From IMG/VR virus record IMGVR_UViG_3300034375_013195, positions 1 to 52,805 of that record: 52,805 nucleotides of DNA; one strand, given 5' to 3'. This stretch comes from a virus (taxonomy: Duplodnaviria; Caudoviricetes). The stretch's first letter is position 1. Each line of letters begins with the position of its first letter. A program made the translations under genes and the position numbers. This document shows, in pieces, positions 36,222 to 46,206 of the stretch. Below the pieces are notes generated by a model. That model saw only the letters and a list, made by a program, of their open reading frames with translations. It was not told the origin of the DNA and searched no databases.

Positions 36222-36833
36222 TCATGATCTATAAAAAATATTGATGTAAAGTATATCATCCACCGCAGGAGTTACACCGCTTGGTGGATAGTATTGAATT
36301 GTACCGTCAGTGTTTATCTTAATCGTGGCAATATGGTAAGTGCCAGCGCTATCGTCATAGTAGCTGATAGGCTTAATAACCGCCCCCGAAGGTCTTCGAG
36401 CTGGTGGTATAGGGTCGATATCAACGATCGTATTGCCGGTATACCCTGTCGAATTAGTTAGCGCTTGACTAATTAACATTAACTCCCCATCAAAAAAGTA
36501 GACAATAGCCGCAGCGCTCCAATCTGCCGAGCTGTCAAACGTCCCGGCGATGAAATTCACATTAGATCCGCTTATCGCATCATCGACGTACTTCTTGGTA
36601 GCCGCATCGTAATTACTGGTCGGTGTTGCAAGTCCTGTAATCTTATTACTTCCTGCTGCTAGGCTAGTAGTCATTGGGTTAGTAACCCCGCCCCCTGTCC
36701 ACTCCGTGATAGTCCCATCATTGTCATACCATATTTTAGGGGGGGTTACATTCATCTGCCATGCGTATGTACACCCTGAAGGGATGCTTACTGGCTTCCT
36801 GTCTACCTTATATATTTTCTCGTATTCTGCCAT
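36222..36833 (-). CDS. Short tail fibre-like protein, paralogue 1
   Basis: KITGLATPTSNYDAATKKYVD fibre motif; shares its N-terminus with 38559..39182. Confidence 0.75.
   Translation of the reverse strand: MAEYEKIYKVDRKPVSIPSGCTYAWQMNVTPPKIWYDNDGTITEWTGGGVTNPMTTSLAAGSNKITGLATPTSNYDAATKKYVDDAISGSNVNFIAGTFDSSADWSAAAIVYFFDGELMLISQALTNSTGYTGNTIVDIDPIPPARRPSGAVIKPISYYDDSAGTYHIATIKINTDGTIQYYPPSGVTPAVDDILYINIFYRS
36686..36833 (+). repeat. 148-bp direct repeat, copy 1 (copy 2 at 39032-39179)
   Basis: 144/148 identical; encodes MAEYEKIYKV...EWTGGG. Confidence 0.95.
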
Positions 36834-37013
36834 TTCTCTTACTCATTATGTTTTATTCTTAACTTATTTGTCGTCATAGTCTGGCGTGACTCCGCTTGGT
36901 GTCCAGTTAATTTCATGATTAGCCCTGATATAGCCTTATACATCTTTTTTGTCACCTCTTCCTGAGATGATGTGATAAATACCAGATACTCTCCTACCTT
37001 GATCTGATTCATG

Positions 37014-38111
37014 CTAAAATATGGAGGTTTTAGCGGTAAAGGTGTCTGCCGTTGGCTGTGCTTCTTCGCTTCCTACGGTGTAGAATGTTGATGGGGAGTT
37101 TTGGTTATTGTAATCAGTAACAATATAGTCGTCGCTTAATAATGCGTCAAAAACCCGAAACTCATCAAGTTTAATATCCGCATACCTCGGATTCCCATTC
37201 GCACCATCCCTGCCTTTAAACATTGAGTTAGTAAAAGAGGTTATTCCGTGTGTGTAGCCTACTGTACCACTGCTCACCCCATCCTTATAACATTCCAAGG
37301 TTGAAGTGTCATCATGTTTTAATACAATATGATGCCAATTTGTATCCGTAATAGTTGGTCCTAACGGCACGTTCCTCCAGCCCCCCGAATAGCAATTAAA
37401 AACTAACTCTGCATTGCTGCCAGAAGACCCGTTATCCAACATCATAGACCATTGTTGTTTGTCTCCCCCGGCACTATTCCTTTTTGAAAAAATAAATTCG
37501 GCAGAAGACAGTGTGCTACTATTATTCCTTTTTAACCAAAAGCTAAAAGTAAAGTCTCCCGTCAGGTTGTTAAGAACACTAACGTCTGTGCCTGAATTGA
37601 AGTAATCATTTGTCCCATCAAAATCAGAGCCATTGCCAGATAATGCCCCCTCAACACTTGTTGGGCCAGTCCTGGTCAAGCTTATGCCATTGGATGACGA
37701 ATCTACAATATTTCCGCTTGTTTCTTCATGATGCCACGCTCCAATCACATTATCAGTCCACACATTTTCGCTTCCATAGGTATCTGTTGCAGCATAAGCA
37801 CTAGCACTAGGATTACCGTAGTAAATCTTAAAACTTGTGTCAGAACTAGATGATAAGAAATTAGCCTTAAAATGTAGCTCCCCCGTTTTGGCGCTTGTGT
37901 CAATCGCTACTATCTCAAAAGCACATTCTGTAGTCCCGTCTGCCCTGGTAATCCTGATGTCTGCCCCTGCACTATCTACATTTGTGAAGAAGCTTTCAGG
38001 CATCTCAGATAGATCTACATAAACAGGGAAGTCAGATACATCTCCATTTACTTGAGTATTATCTACTGTGATCTCTACCCTATAGTCCCAGTCTGTGTCA
38101 TACCAACTCAT
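37014..38111 (-). CDS. DUF2341 plus LamG/concanavalin-like protein
   Basis: WY..W.YRVEITVD...DFPVYV...DIR N-terminus; DFTFSFW, WHHIV and LDEFRVFD LamG motifs. Confidence 0.85.
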   Translation of the reverse strand: MSWYDTDWDYRVEITVDNTQVNGDVSDFPVYVDLSEMPESFFTNVDSAGADIRITRADGTTECAFEIVAIDTSAKTGELHFKANFLSSSSDTSFKIYYGNPSASAYAATDTYGSENVWTDNVIGAWHHEETSGNIVDSSSNGISLTRTGPTSVEGALSGNGSDFDGTNDYFNSGTDVSVLNNLTGDFTFSFWLKRNNSSTLSSAEFIFSKRNSAGGDKQQWSMMLDNGSSGSNAELVFNCYSGGWRNVPLGPTITDTNWHHIVLKHDDTSTLECYKDGVSSGTVGYTHGITSFTNSMFKGRDGANGNPRYADIKLDEFRVFDALLSDDYIVTDYNNQNSPSTFYTVGSEEAQPTADTFTAKTSIF

Positions 38112-38554
38112 TAGACATAGTCTTTAATCTGCCATGTGCTTCCAGCAAGCTGAATGTATTTTTTTATTGATTCCTTATTCGCTCCTGCATTCTGATAGAC
38201 AGTAACCAAGGCAAACTGTACCTGCTCATCTACTTCATCAATTTTGTATTTTGTATATCCTGCAAGCTTGAGTTGTTGTTCTACTTGCTGCTCAAATACT
38301 TCAGGAATCTCTGATTCCTTCCATGCAGATTCATTTTGCTGCCCAGGTCGCAGAATGAATACTTTTATTGTGCTTTTACTTGTCCTTCTTCGTAGCCTGA
38401 TAAGGAGATTAATCTGCCAGGTCTGAAAATTTACATTTACCTCACTGAGAGGGTCAGTAAGGTTTTTAGATAGGTTTTCTACTCTTTCGGTAGTAAGTCG
38501 AGTTACTCCTGCGAGTGTGTCTATTTCTGTGAGAATATCTTGAAAAGTTGCCAT
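38111..38554 (-). CDS. Hypothetical protein
   Basis: 147-aa ORF. Confidence 0.7.
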   Translation of the reverse strand: MATFQDILTEIDTLAGVTRLTTERVENLSKNLTDPLSEVNVNFQTWQINLLIRLRRRTSKSTIKVFILRPGQQNESAWKESEIPEVFEQQVEQQLKLAGYTKYKIDEVDEQVQFALVTVYQNAGANKESIKKYIQLAGSTWQIKDYV

Positions 38555-38558
38555 ATTT

Positions 38559-39182
38559 TTATTCGAAAATTAAGTTAACTATTAAGCCCTTTGGGGTTGT
38601 GGTAAAAGTTGAAGCACCTATCTGTAGCTCTAGTCTATCATTTGTGACTACATCATCTGCCGCTGTATTGATTGAGCCTGTAGATGAGTCTATTCCTCCT
38701 GCTGCTATAGTCAAGTTTGCAGAGAGCATATTTGCGGTGTCTGTTCTATTGTATAGCATCGCGTTGGTGCTGTCTCCTGCTCCTGCTACATCATGATGGT
38801 ACGTGATTTCTATCAAATCCATGCCTGTAAAAAGGGAAGGAATAGGCCCTATTTTGTAATCAGTAGAGACAGTGATGTCTGTTGCTGCATCAACAAGTCT
38901 CACCATCAACCCTTTTTGTTTGGTGATAGCAGGCAGTTCTGCAACGGGAACAAGTGCCGATCCATCTAGGGAAGCATATCCAGATGCTGCGCTTTTTTCA
39001 GATAGAAGCTGATATGTGCCTGGTGCAACTCCCCCGCCCCCTGTCCACTCCGTGATAGTCCCATCATTGTCATACCATATCTTAGGAGGGGTTACATTCA
39101 TCTGCCATGCGTATGTACACCCTGAAGGGATGCTCGCTGGCTTCCTGTCTACCTTATATATTTTCTCGTATTCTGCCATCAA
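38559..39182 (-). CDS. Short tail fibre-like protein, paralogue 2
   Basis: EK.AASGYASLD...VP..ELP fibre motif; shared N-terminus. Confidence 0.75.
   Translation of the reverse strand: MMAEYEKIYKVDRKPASIPSGCTYAWQMNVTPPKIWYDNDGTITEWTGGGGVAPGTYQLLSEKSAASGYASLDGSALVPVAELPAITKQKGLMVRLVDAATDITVSTDYKIGPIPSLFTGMDLIEITYHHDVAGAGDSTNAMLYNRTDTANMLSANLTIAAGGIDSSTGSINTAADDVVTNDRLELQIGASTFTTTPKGLIVNLIFE
39032..39179 (+). repeat. 148-bp direct repeat, copy 2
   Basis: Matches 36686-36833. Confidence 0.95.
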
Positions 39183-39937
39183 TTAAGTACTTTTTGAGGT
39201 GTGTCCGGTAATTTTCGGTATGTATCGTAGTTATAATCAAAGTCTACTGCCGCTGGGCACGGATCAATCTTGATAGTAAGGAAAAACGGAAGCTCCGCTA
39301 AATTGTCTCCCCAAAAGCCATACCTAGGGGTAGTGGTTAATTCCCTATCTACAATCTTTGTCTTTAGCCAGTTTTGGCGCTCAATGGTATATCCTTCTGC
39401 TTGCATCCAGCGATCAGAATACCAGCCCCATGCAGAGAACCCGCCGCCATCATCATATCGGGAATAAACAAACTGGGCCAGCTCATTGGTTAGCTCCGTG
39501 AGTAGCTGCCTGAGATCCGCTCCTATTTGCTCGAAAGTCCTTTGCTCGGAAATGTCGGTTACCTCGCTTGTCTTTTGCGGCATTAAGTCTGTAAGGTAGA
39601 AAGCCAGGTTTACCGTATGGCCTTCTGTCGGCTGGAATAGATTGGTAATATTGTCTCGGTTTTCGATAACCTTTAGGGCTGGATAGTCAAAGTTTAGGGC
39701 AGAATCCTTAGATCCGTTTAGCTCCCATCTGCGGGAGTAGAAATAGGCTTTATCTTTGTACCGTGAATCTTTGTCTAGGTTCGGTGTATTTTGCCCAGCC
39801 TTTGGCGATATTACTGCAAATGTGTTTATGCGCTTGTGCCGGTAATATACGCCATCCGTGACCGTTTCGGGCCAAGCTTTAATGATCCTTGCAAGTATCT
39901 GGTAAAAGTCTATTGTGTTGGTTAGCGTTCCTGCCAT
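39179..39937 (-). CDS. Putative tail terminator / structural protein
   Basis: DYPAL motif; located downstream of the chaperone. Confidence 0.5.
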   Translation of the reverse strand: MAGTLTNTIDFYQILARIIKAWPETVTDGVYYRHKRINTFAVISPKAGQNTPNLDKDSRYKDKAYFYSRRWELNGSKDSALNFDYPALKVIENRDNITNLFQPTEGHTVNLAFYLTDLMPQKTSEVTDISEQRTFEQIGADLRQLLTELTNELAQFVYSRYDDGGGFSAWGWYSDRWMQAEGYTIERQNWLKTKIVDRELTTTPRYGFWGDNLAELPFFLTIKIDPCPAAVDFDYNYDTYRKLPDTPQKVLN

Positions 39938-40063
39938 CGCCTCATAAATCTATAACTGCGAACTATATCATTGATGGCTACTGCAAAGATAAAGCCAAAT
40001 ATAATAGCGAATGATATTATTTGTATATCGAATGCTAACGGGTATAGTTTCCAATGGATCATT

Positions 40064-40358
40064 TTATCCTCTTCCTAAATCAGTTGTTTCTGCCAGCCAG
40101 GTAAGCGCTTCCAAGAAGTTGGCCCTATATGCTGACTCTATGGGTGTCAATCCCTCCTGGTTAAATACCCCTCCCTCTGCGATGTGATGAACTATTGAAT
40201 ACCATCCCCACCGCTTCCACTTAGCCTCGAACTCCTTCTTTCTTCTGGCATAGTCTTCCAATGCTGTGCCAGTCAAGCCGCTGGGCTTGCTTGCATTAAA
40301 GAGGACAGCGATAAGGGGATGCTCTGTGATAAAGCCTTTAAGCCTGTTGAAAAAAAAA
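40064..40358 (-). CDS. -1 frameshift extension of the tail chaperone
   Basis: From the T9 run at 40350-40358 the -1 frame (FNRLKGFITEHP...) continues into 40064..40276 (KRWGWY). Confidence 0.8.
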
Positions 40359-41085
40359 CCACGTCCAAAGCTATGTCCATTGGTATATCCTCAAAAAGCT
40401 CCTGCCGCTCCCATTGCCATTGCAAATAAGCAGGGCCATCAACGGGGGGCTTCTCCACCTTTCCGCCCTTCAATACCTCGCGGCTGAGTGCCGCTAATAC
40501 CCCAACGTTGATATTGTACTCGTTGGCCCTGTTTTCTGTATGGTTCTCCCAGCTGTGTTCTATCTGTAAAGCGTTGATCGCATCCCTAACCGTCATATCC
40601 GCCCCCGGCATTTCCTGTCCTGCTATTGACTTCGAAACGAAAGCTTTGAACTTGCGCCCCTTATGCTCAAAGTATTCTCTCTCCTGTGGCTGGTAGCCAT
40701 ATACGGTATTAATCGTAAGCAGGAAAAGGGAAAGAAGGCTATCCACGCCTTCGGGTTCTTTTGGGCTACCTAGCGGCATTTCTAGCAAGTCATCTAGTCT
40801 CGCATTATTAACAAATGTTAATGATAGCTTAGCAAATAGCACATAGCTTTCCGCCCATTGCTCGGAAGTCCATTCCTTTTGTAGTTCTACCCTCTCGGCT
40901 TCATCCTTGGCATTGTGAAAGGCTTTGAACCAATCAGGCATCTTATCCAACCTCTGGAAATAGGAACCCCATCGCTTCAGTGTAATCTCTGATGGGTGAG
41001 TTAGTACATGGGCTTTGACCGTTTCAACCTCGGTCGTACCGTTGTCTAGCTCCGTTGATATGTCGATAGCGAAATCTAAAGGCAT
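40273..41085 (-). CDS. Tail assembly chaperone
   Basis: PSEITL start motif; DIPMDIALDVVFF slippery end. Confidence 0.75.
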   Translation of the reverse strand: MPLDFAIDISTELDNGTTEVETVKAHVLTHPSEITLKRWGSYFQRLDKMPDWFKAFHNAKDEAERVELQKEWTSEQWAESYVLFAKLSLTFVNNARLDDLLEMPLGSPKEPEGVDSLLSLFLLTINTVYGYQPQEREYFEHKGRKFKAFVSKSIAGQEMPGADMTVRDAINALQIEHSWENHTENRANEYNINVGVLAALSREVLKGGKVEKPPVDGPAYLQWQWERQELFEDIPMDIALDVVFFSTGLKALSQSIPLSLSSLMQASPAA

Positions 41086-41433
41086 TTACTTGGCCTCAGC
41101 AATCAGTCTCTCCAATGTCTCTACCTTCATCGTCTTACGTACCTTCAGCCCCATCGCTTTGGCTTCAGCATAGAGCTTTTCCTGTGGTGTCTGTACGGGT
41201 TCCTTCACAATCTCATGAATAGCTTCCTTCAATCTATCTTTCGCAGCCTGTGGACTGGCCATAAATTCCTTGGCGCGAGCTTGGTGTAACCTTGTTCCGG
41301 CCCTTTTGATGTCTCCTGCGATAACTGCCCAGTTTGGATGAATGTCATTCTGGTACATCCATATACCGATATGTGCCTCCTTCATCAAGTCAAAAAGCTC
41401 GTTTTTGTTTCTCAGTCGTTCCGTATCTGTCAT
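41086..41433 (-). CDS. Hypothetical protein with a Rho-N-like tail
   Basis: LYAEAKAMGLKV..TMK.ETL; start placed at MTDTE. Confidence 0.55.
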   Translation of the reverse strand: MTDTERLRNKNELFDLMKEAHIGIWMYQNDIHPNWAVIAGDIKRAGTRLHQARAKEFMASPQAAKDRLKEAIHEIVKEPVQTPQEKLYAEAKAMGLKVRKTMKVETLERLIAEAK

Positions 41434-41551
41434 GTCGGATAAAAATATTAGTAAAAATATACAATCGTGTGCAAACATTGTGCTAAAAATAGGCAAAAGG
41501 CCCAAAGACAGCATTTTTTTTGCGTTTACCCTACTAAATTAATTAGCGGGG

Positions 41552-42778
41552 ATGGACACAGCGGTGATCGACAGACGTATAAACTCCTTTTATAATATCC
41601 AGAACAAGGGCGAGGACACAGCAGTAATCGACCTTATCGGTGTTATAAATGACTTCTGGACAGGCGATAACTCGAAAGAGGTTTTTCTGGCCCAGCTCAA
41701 AGGCATTAAAGCCTCCAACATTACAGTAAACATTTCTAGCCCTGGGGGCGACTCTGCCGATGCGATGGCGATATATGATGCTCTGAAGGGTCACCCTGCC
41801 AGAGTTACAGCGCGCCTCTCTGGCTTGGTGGCTTCAGCCGCTACTACCGTAGCCTGTGGCGCTGATGTAGTAGAGGCAAGTCCTACCTGTATTTACATGA
41901 TCCATAATCACTGGATTTTTACAGCTGGGAATAAGAAGGAAATGGAAAAAACCATGAAGGCGTTAGACACCTTCGATAAGGTCGCGGCTGGTATCTACAA
42001 GAAAAGAACGGGACAGAGGCTAGACACCATCAAGCGAATGATGGATGAGGAAACCTACATGACAGCACAGGAAGCAAAAGACTTTGGCTTTGTAGATAAG
42101 ATCATAGAGGGTATCACTTTCGAGAACCAAGTAACGCTTGAAGATCTCGAAGTAAGGAACTACATGAGTAGTACCCTAAACTGTGCTAAGCTACCGCCAG
42201 TCGCAGCAGGGGAAGCCCCCGAAATACCAATCAATAGTCAAACTGATAATAATATCATGGATAATCTTAACACAGAGCAGCAGGGCGCTTTTGTCCGCTT
42301 TGTCAATAGCCTTATCGGCAAGAAAAACGACGAAGCAGAAATCGCGGAAACGCCCCAAGCAGAAACCAACGAACTTGAAGCCCTTCGCAATGAAGTGGCA
42401 GACCTGAAACAGCAACTTTCAGAAGCTAAGAACACTGAGACCTTCGATGTCCAGGCTTTTGCTAATTCTATCGCTAATGCCATCAACGGCAAAGTTGAAG
42501 AGGTAGCCAAGGAGGTGGTAAACGAAGCGACCGAGGCTGTAAAAAACGAAGTAACCGAGCTTAAAGCAGAGGTGGAAAAAGTAGCCGACAAGGTTAACAA
42601 CAGCACCGAAGTAGAAGCCCTCACCGAAAAGGTGGAAGAAGTAGCCAAAGCAGTCAACAAAACAAAGACGCTCGAAGCGCAGCCTGAGACTCCGACCAAT
42701 AATGGTGAAGGGTTGGAGAAGGTAGTCGCGCCCGAAAATACCTGGCTTCACACTGTCAAAAATTTCTCCAAGAACTAA
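41552..42778 (+). CDS. ClpP-like prohead protease with scaffold extension
   Basis: SSPGG, ASAAT, MIHN and ETYMTAQEA..FGFVD motifs; acidic coiled-coil tail. Confidence 0.9.
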   Translation: MDTAVIDRRINSFYNIQNKGEDTAVIDLIGVINDFWTGDNSKEVFLAQLKGIKASNITVNISSPGGDSADAMAIYDALKGHPARVTARLSGLVASAATTVACGADVVEASPTCIYMIHNHWIFTAGNKKEMEKTMKALDTFDKVAAGIYKKRTGQRLDTIKRMMDEETYMTAQEAKDFGFVDKIIEGITFENQVTLEDLEVRNYMSSTLNCAKLPPVAAGEAPEIPINSQTDNNIMDNLNTEQQGAFVRFVNSLIGKKNDEAEIAETPQAETNELEALRNEVADLKQQLSEAKNTETFDVQAFANSIANAINGKVEEVAKEVVNEATEAVKNEVTELKAEVEKVADKVNNSTEVEALTEKVEEVAKAVNKTKTLEAQPETPTNNGEGLEKVVAPENTWLHTVKNFSKN

Positions 42779-42795
42779 TAATAAAAAATAGCAAG

Positions 42796-43938
42796 ATGGG
42801 AATGGTAAATACTGGTGGAACGCTTAACGCAGGATACCAATTAGAGGAAAGCAGGGAATTGCTATTGAAGCCGGTTTTCGAGTCAGAGAATGTTCTGGCC
42901 CAGGCTGCAAATGCCCTCAATATTAACGTGTATGATGTATCGTATGGCGTTAAGAACAAAAAGAAATTTAAGCGTATCGGCAAAATGGGGCCGATCGCCA
43001 AAGCAAGAACGAACTGTTCCACATGGGATCCTGTGGTTATCCAGTCAATGGTCGATGACGAGTTTACTGTACACGCTTTTGAGGTGGAAGGGGAGCTTTG
43101 TGCTGACGAGTTTACTGGCATCTGGGAAAACATCCGAGGCGCAGGAAACAACATGAACAGCACAGAAGGCGATCTTGCAAATCAGTTGGAGCAAGCTTTA
43201 ATTACCCGCGTTCGCGGTGCGCTCAAAGATGATATCTTCCGTCAGGTATGGTTCTCAGAAACAACTTTTACTACCACTTACGCTACTGGGCTTTCACAGC
43301 TTGATATGCGTACTCGCGGAGTCCTGGAAACGCAGATGGCCCAGTTTGATGGCCTGTGGGAGCAGATTGAGGACGGTGTAACCGCTACCAATATCGCTTA
43401 TGTGGACAGCTACGATGGCGCTACTCGCTATGCTACCAGCGCAAATATCTCCTCATGGTTCGAAGCTATGCTCGACGCAGCAAGCAACGAACTGCGTCAC
43501 TTCGTTAACCAGGGACAGGCTGTATTCTTAGTACAGCGTGCATTCCTTAAAGCATACCGCCAGTATTTACAGGGATTGGGTACTGAGATGTCTAACCGCT
43601 TCATCGTTGAAGGTAACGGACAGCCGCTTCGTACAGTCCTGTTTTATGATGGCATTCCGGTGATAGAAGTCCCTGAGTGGGATGACTTTGATTCAATGTT
43701 GCCTATTTCCGGCAAAGCAAAAGAGCGCGGCCTGTTGGTAGCCCTCGAAAATTTGCAGATCGGTACTGATGCTGATAGCTCCGCTTCTACTGGAAACGGT
43801 CGCGGCTTGGTTATCTACCAAAACCCTGAGCCAAGCGCGAAAGGTCGCGTTGAGATGTATAGCGCCTACCGTATAGGTTGTGGTGTTGCTTATGACAATC
43901 TGATTGTAGCGTCTTACAACGGTACAGTACTGCCATAA
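42796..43938 (+). CDS. Major capsid protein
   Basis: Follows the protease; 380 aa; WFSET, FDGLW and YDGIPV motifs. Confidence 0.8.
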   Translation: MGMVNTGGTLNAGYQLEESRELLLKPVFESENVLAQAANALNINVYDVSYGVKNKKKFKRIGKMGPIAKARTNCSTWDPVVIQSMVDDEFTVHAFEVEGELCADEFTGIWENIRGAGNNMNSTEGDLANQLEQALITRVRGALKDDIFRQVWFSETTFTTTYATGLSQLDMRTRGVLETQMAQFDGLWEQIEDGVTATNIAYVDSYDGATRYATSANISSWFEAMLDAASNELRHFVNQGQAVFLVQRAFLKAYRQYLQGLGTEMSNRFIVEGNGQPLRTVLFYDGIPVIEVPEWDDFDSMLPISGKAKERGLLVALENLQIGTDADSSASTGNGRGLVIYQNPEPSAKGRVEMYSAYRIGCGVAYDNLIVASYNGTVLP

Positions 43939-43983
43939 TGAACCCCCAAGACAATTTTATTAACCTAATATCAAGATAAAAAA

Positions 43984-44529
43984 ATGGCTTTTTTACCAGC
44001 TTGTTTACCCGCAGCCGTATCTCTGGCATCTTGCCCAGATGGTAGTCCGGGGGTAGCTAATATCTACTACTGCCAGAAGTCTGATATCTCTGCCGTTACC
44101 GTTACTAGCGGTGACATCACAGGGTTCACCATGACAACAGGCAAAATTTTCTACGAAATCCAGTGCGATGACCAGGTTTCTACTCTCGTTGAGGAAAGCG
44201 CAGATATTCGCTACGCTTCCAAAATTACGCAGACGTTGACAGCGCAGATTCCTGGCCTATCTTCTTCCATTCAGCAGCAGCTTCTGAGCATCAAAAATTG
44301 CTGTGAGTTGGTTCTGGTTCTGAAGTTCAATAACGGTATCTATAAAGTGATGGGCTACGATGTAGACTACGCAGCCGATACCGCGACCTATAAGAACTGC
44401 CAGGTAAACGTCCTCGGATGGGATTCAAAGGCGACACAGGACGACGACTACGCGACATTCAACTTAGGTACTACCTGTACCACTACCGGACTCGCTCCGA
44501 TCTTTACGGGTACGTTGACCTTATCATAA
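43984..44529 (+). CDS. Major tail tube / structural protein
   Basis: C......C..G.PGV..IY start; position in the operon. Confidence 0.7.
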   Translation: MAFLPACLPAAVSLASCPDGSPGVANIYYCQKSDISAVTVTSGDITGFTMTTGKIFYEIQCDDQVSTLVEESADIRYASKITQTLTAQIPGLSSSIQQQLLSIKNCCELVLVLKFNNGIYKVMGYDVDYAADTATYKNCQVNVLGWDSKATQDDDYATFNLGTTCTTTGLAPIFTGTLTLS

Positions 44530-44542
44530 TTTTTAGCTGACT

Positions 44543-44869
44543 ATGGCTAAAAGAAAGAACGAGGAAGGAGTATTTAACCGTACTTCTTCCCCTTCCAAAA
44601 ACCAGGACGCTGAGCGTAAAGCGCCAGCAAAAAAGGTGAGTAGGAAGCAGCAGTTTGAGGTGGTCGGGACTCCGGGCCGAAACTTCGCAATCGGTGGACG
44701 ATATTTCAACACTAGTAGCGAGGATTGGTACAGCCCTGGGGGCCGCAAGTATGCCGGAATTGCCAACAGCCAGGAGCTTCTACAATGGATCTTCGACTGG
44801 GGGCCGTTAGGCGCAACATGGGTAAAAGCACCCGAAGGCCACGAAGCACCCTGGGCTAAGTTCATCTAA
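44543..44869 (+). CDS. Hypothetical protein
   Basis: ORF within the operon. Confidence 0.65.
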   Translation: MAKRKNEEGVFNRTSSPSKNQDAERKAPAKKVSRKQQFEVVGTPGRNFAIGGRYFNTSSEDWYSPGGRKYAGIANSQELLQWIFDWGPLGATWVKAPEGHEAPWAKFI

Positions 44870-44886
44870 AAAAAAAGGTATCTGCT

Positions 44887-46206
44887 ATGTCTAACCTGGA
44901 TTGTACCGATTGTGCGAAGATTACCGCAAAGACGCTATCGAATATCGGCAGCGGGTATGGCACTAACTGTTTAGCGGTTGGTGATGTTTGCAATCCAATC
45001 CAAGATGAACTAACGCCCTCGGAGAATGAAGCCCGTAGCAGTTGGTACGGTGGTTTGCACATCGTTCCCTATATGGGCGAAAACCATACAGCGCTGAAGC
45101 TATTCAACCGCCTAAGCACGCTTAGCCCTACGCAGGGCGCTTGCATTCAGTCGATAAAAGACTATGCTTTAGGTGGTGAAATGGTTGTTAAGCGCCGAAA
45201 GCGTGACGGCTTTGCCAATACACGCGAAATACAGGAGGTCAGCCCACAGGAGGCTAACACGTTCATTGATTTTCTCGAAAGCTTTACCAGCGGAAGGGAG
45301 CTTTATGCCTTGTCAAATCAGTCATATAACAACCTTCAGGAAAACGGTAATGCTTGGATTCAGGTAATCTTTACGGAAACTGCGGGTGTGCGAAGCGTTG
45401 AGCTAAGGGGCTATGACCAGCTTAATGTGCGATATAAGTATAGTAAGCTAGGTGAGGCCCGAATGGCCTATGTTTCGGATGAGTGGAACACTACCTATCT
45501 AGCAGCAAATCCGGCAAGGCTATTACCTGTCTACCCTTATATCGGTGATATGGGGGAAGGAGTATTTACTACCCTCATTCATGAAGCCAACCTTACCACC
45601 TCCAGGAATTGGTACGGAGTGCCCTTCTCCATTAATTCTATCTATTTTCAATGGCTAGAAGTGATGCGCGGGGATTACACCCAAAAGGAGTACGGAAACG
45701 GATTTACAGGAAAGCACTTTGTAGAGGTTGAGGGTGATGTCGACAGCTCAGACTATGCAGACGTAGCCGCAAGCTTTAAACGCGTTTTTTCCCGGAAGGG
45801 CGAAGCCAATAGCGTAGTATTGAGGCAAAGGGCCGAAAGTCAGGAAAAAGCTTTTATCCATAGCTTTAAGCCCAATACAGACGAAAAATTTCAGAAGTAT
45901 GTAGCTGAAGATTGCGAGGCCCAGATAGTGAAGTCTCACAACTGGGATGGTTCTCTCATGGGACAATCGAAGGCGGGAACGCTCGGTAATACTCAGGAGC
46001 TAAACAGGCTGTACAGATGGAAATATCAGACGGTCGTTAAGCCCTGGCAGAACCGGACTCTAGCGCCCATCAATTTGGCAGTAATGCTTGCAGCTGAATA
46101 CATGGGGCAACCAGAGATGCAGCAGTACAGCATAGGCTTCACCAATCCAATGGCTGAGCTATTGGAGCAGGAAGCAGAAGCGCAAAGCAGGGAGGGCGTG
46201 GCATGA
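44887..46206 (+). CDS. Portal protein
   Basis: SPTQGACI, GNAWI, WYGVP and GTLGN motifs. Confidence 0.8.
   Translation: MSNLDCTDCAKITAKTLSNIGSGYGTNCLAVGDVCNPIQDELTPSENEARSSWYGGLHIVPYMGENHTALKLFNRLSTLSPTQGACIQSIKDYALGGEMVVKRRKRDGFANTREIQEVSPQEANTFIDFLESFTSGRELYALSNQSYNNLQENGNAWIQVIFTETAGVRSVELRGYDQLNVRYKYSKLGEARMAYVSDEWNTTYLAANPARLLPVYPYIGDMGEGVFTTLIHEANLTTSRNWYGVPFSINSIYFQWLEVMRGDYTQKEYGNGFTGKHFVEVEGDVDSSDYADVAASFKRVFSRKGEANSVVLRQRAESQEKAFIHSFKPNTDEKFQKYVAEDCEAQIVKSHNWDGSLMGQSKAGTLGNTQELNRLYRWKYQTVVKPWQNRTLAPINLAVMLAAEYMGQPEMQQYSIGFTNPMAELLEQEAEAQSREGVA

Noticed and set aside
36686-39179. Diversity-generating retroelement (template/variable repeat pair)
   Set aside because: No reverse transcriptase in the window, the repeats are at N-termini, and the mismatches are not adenine-specific.
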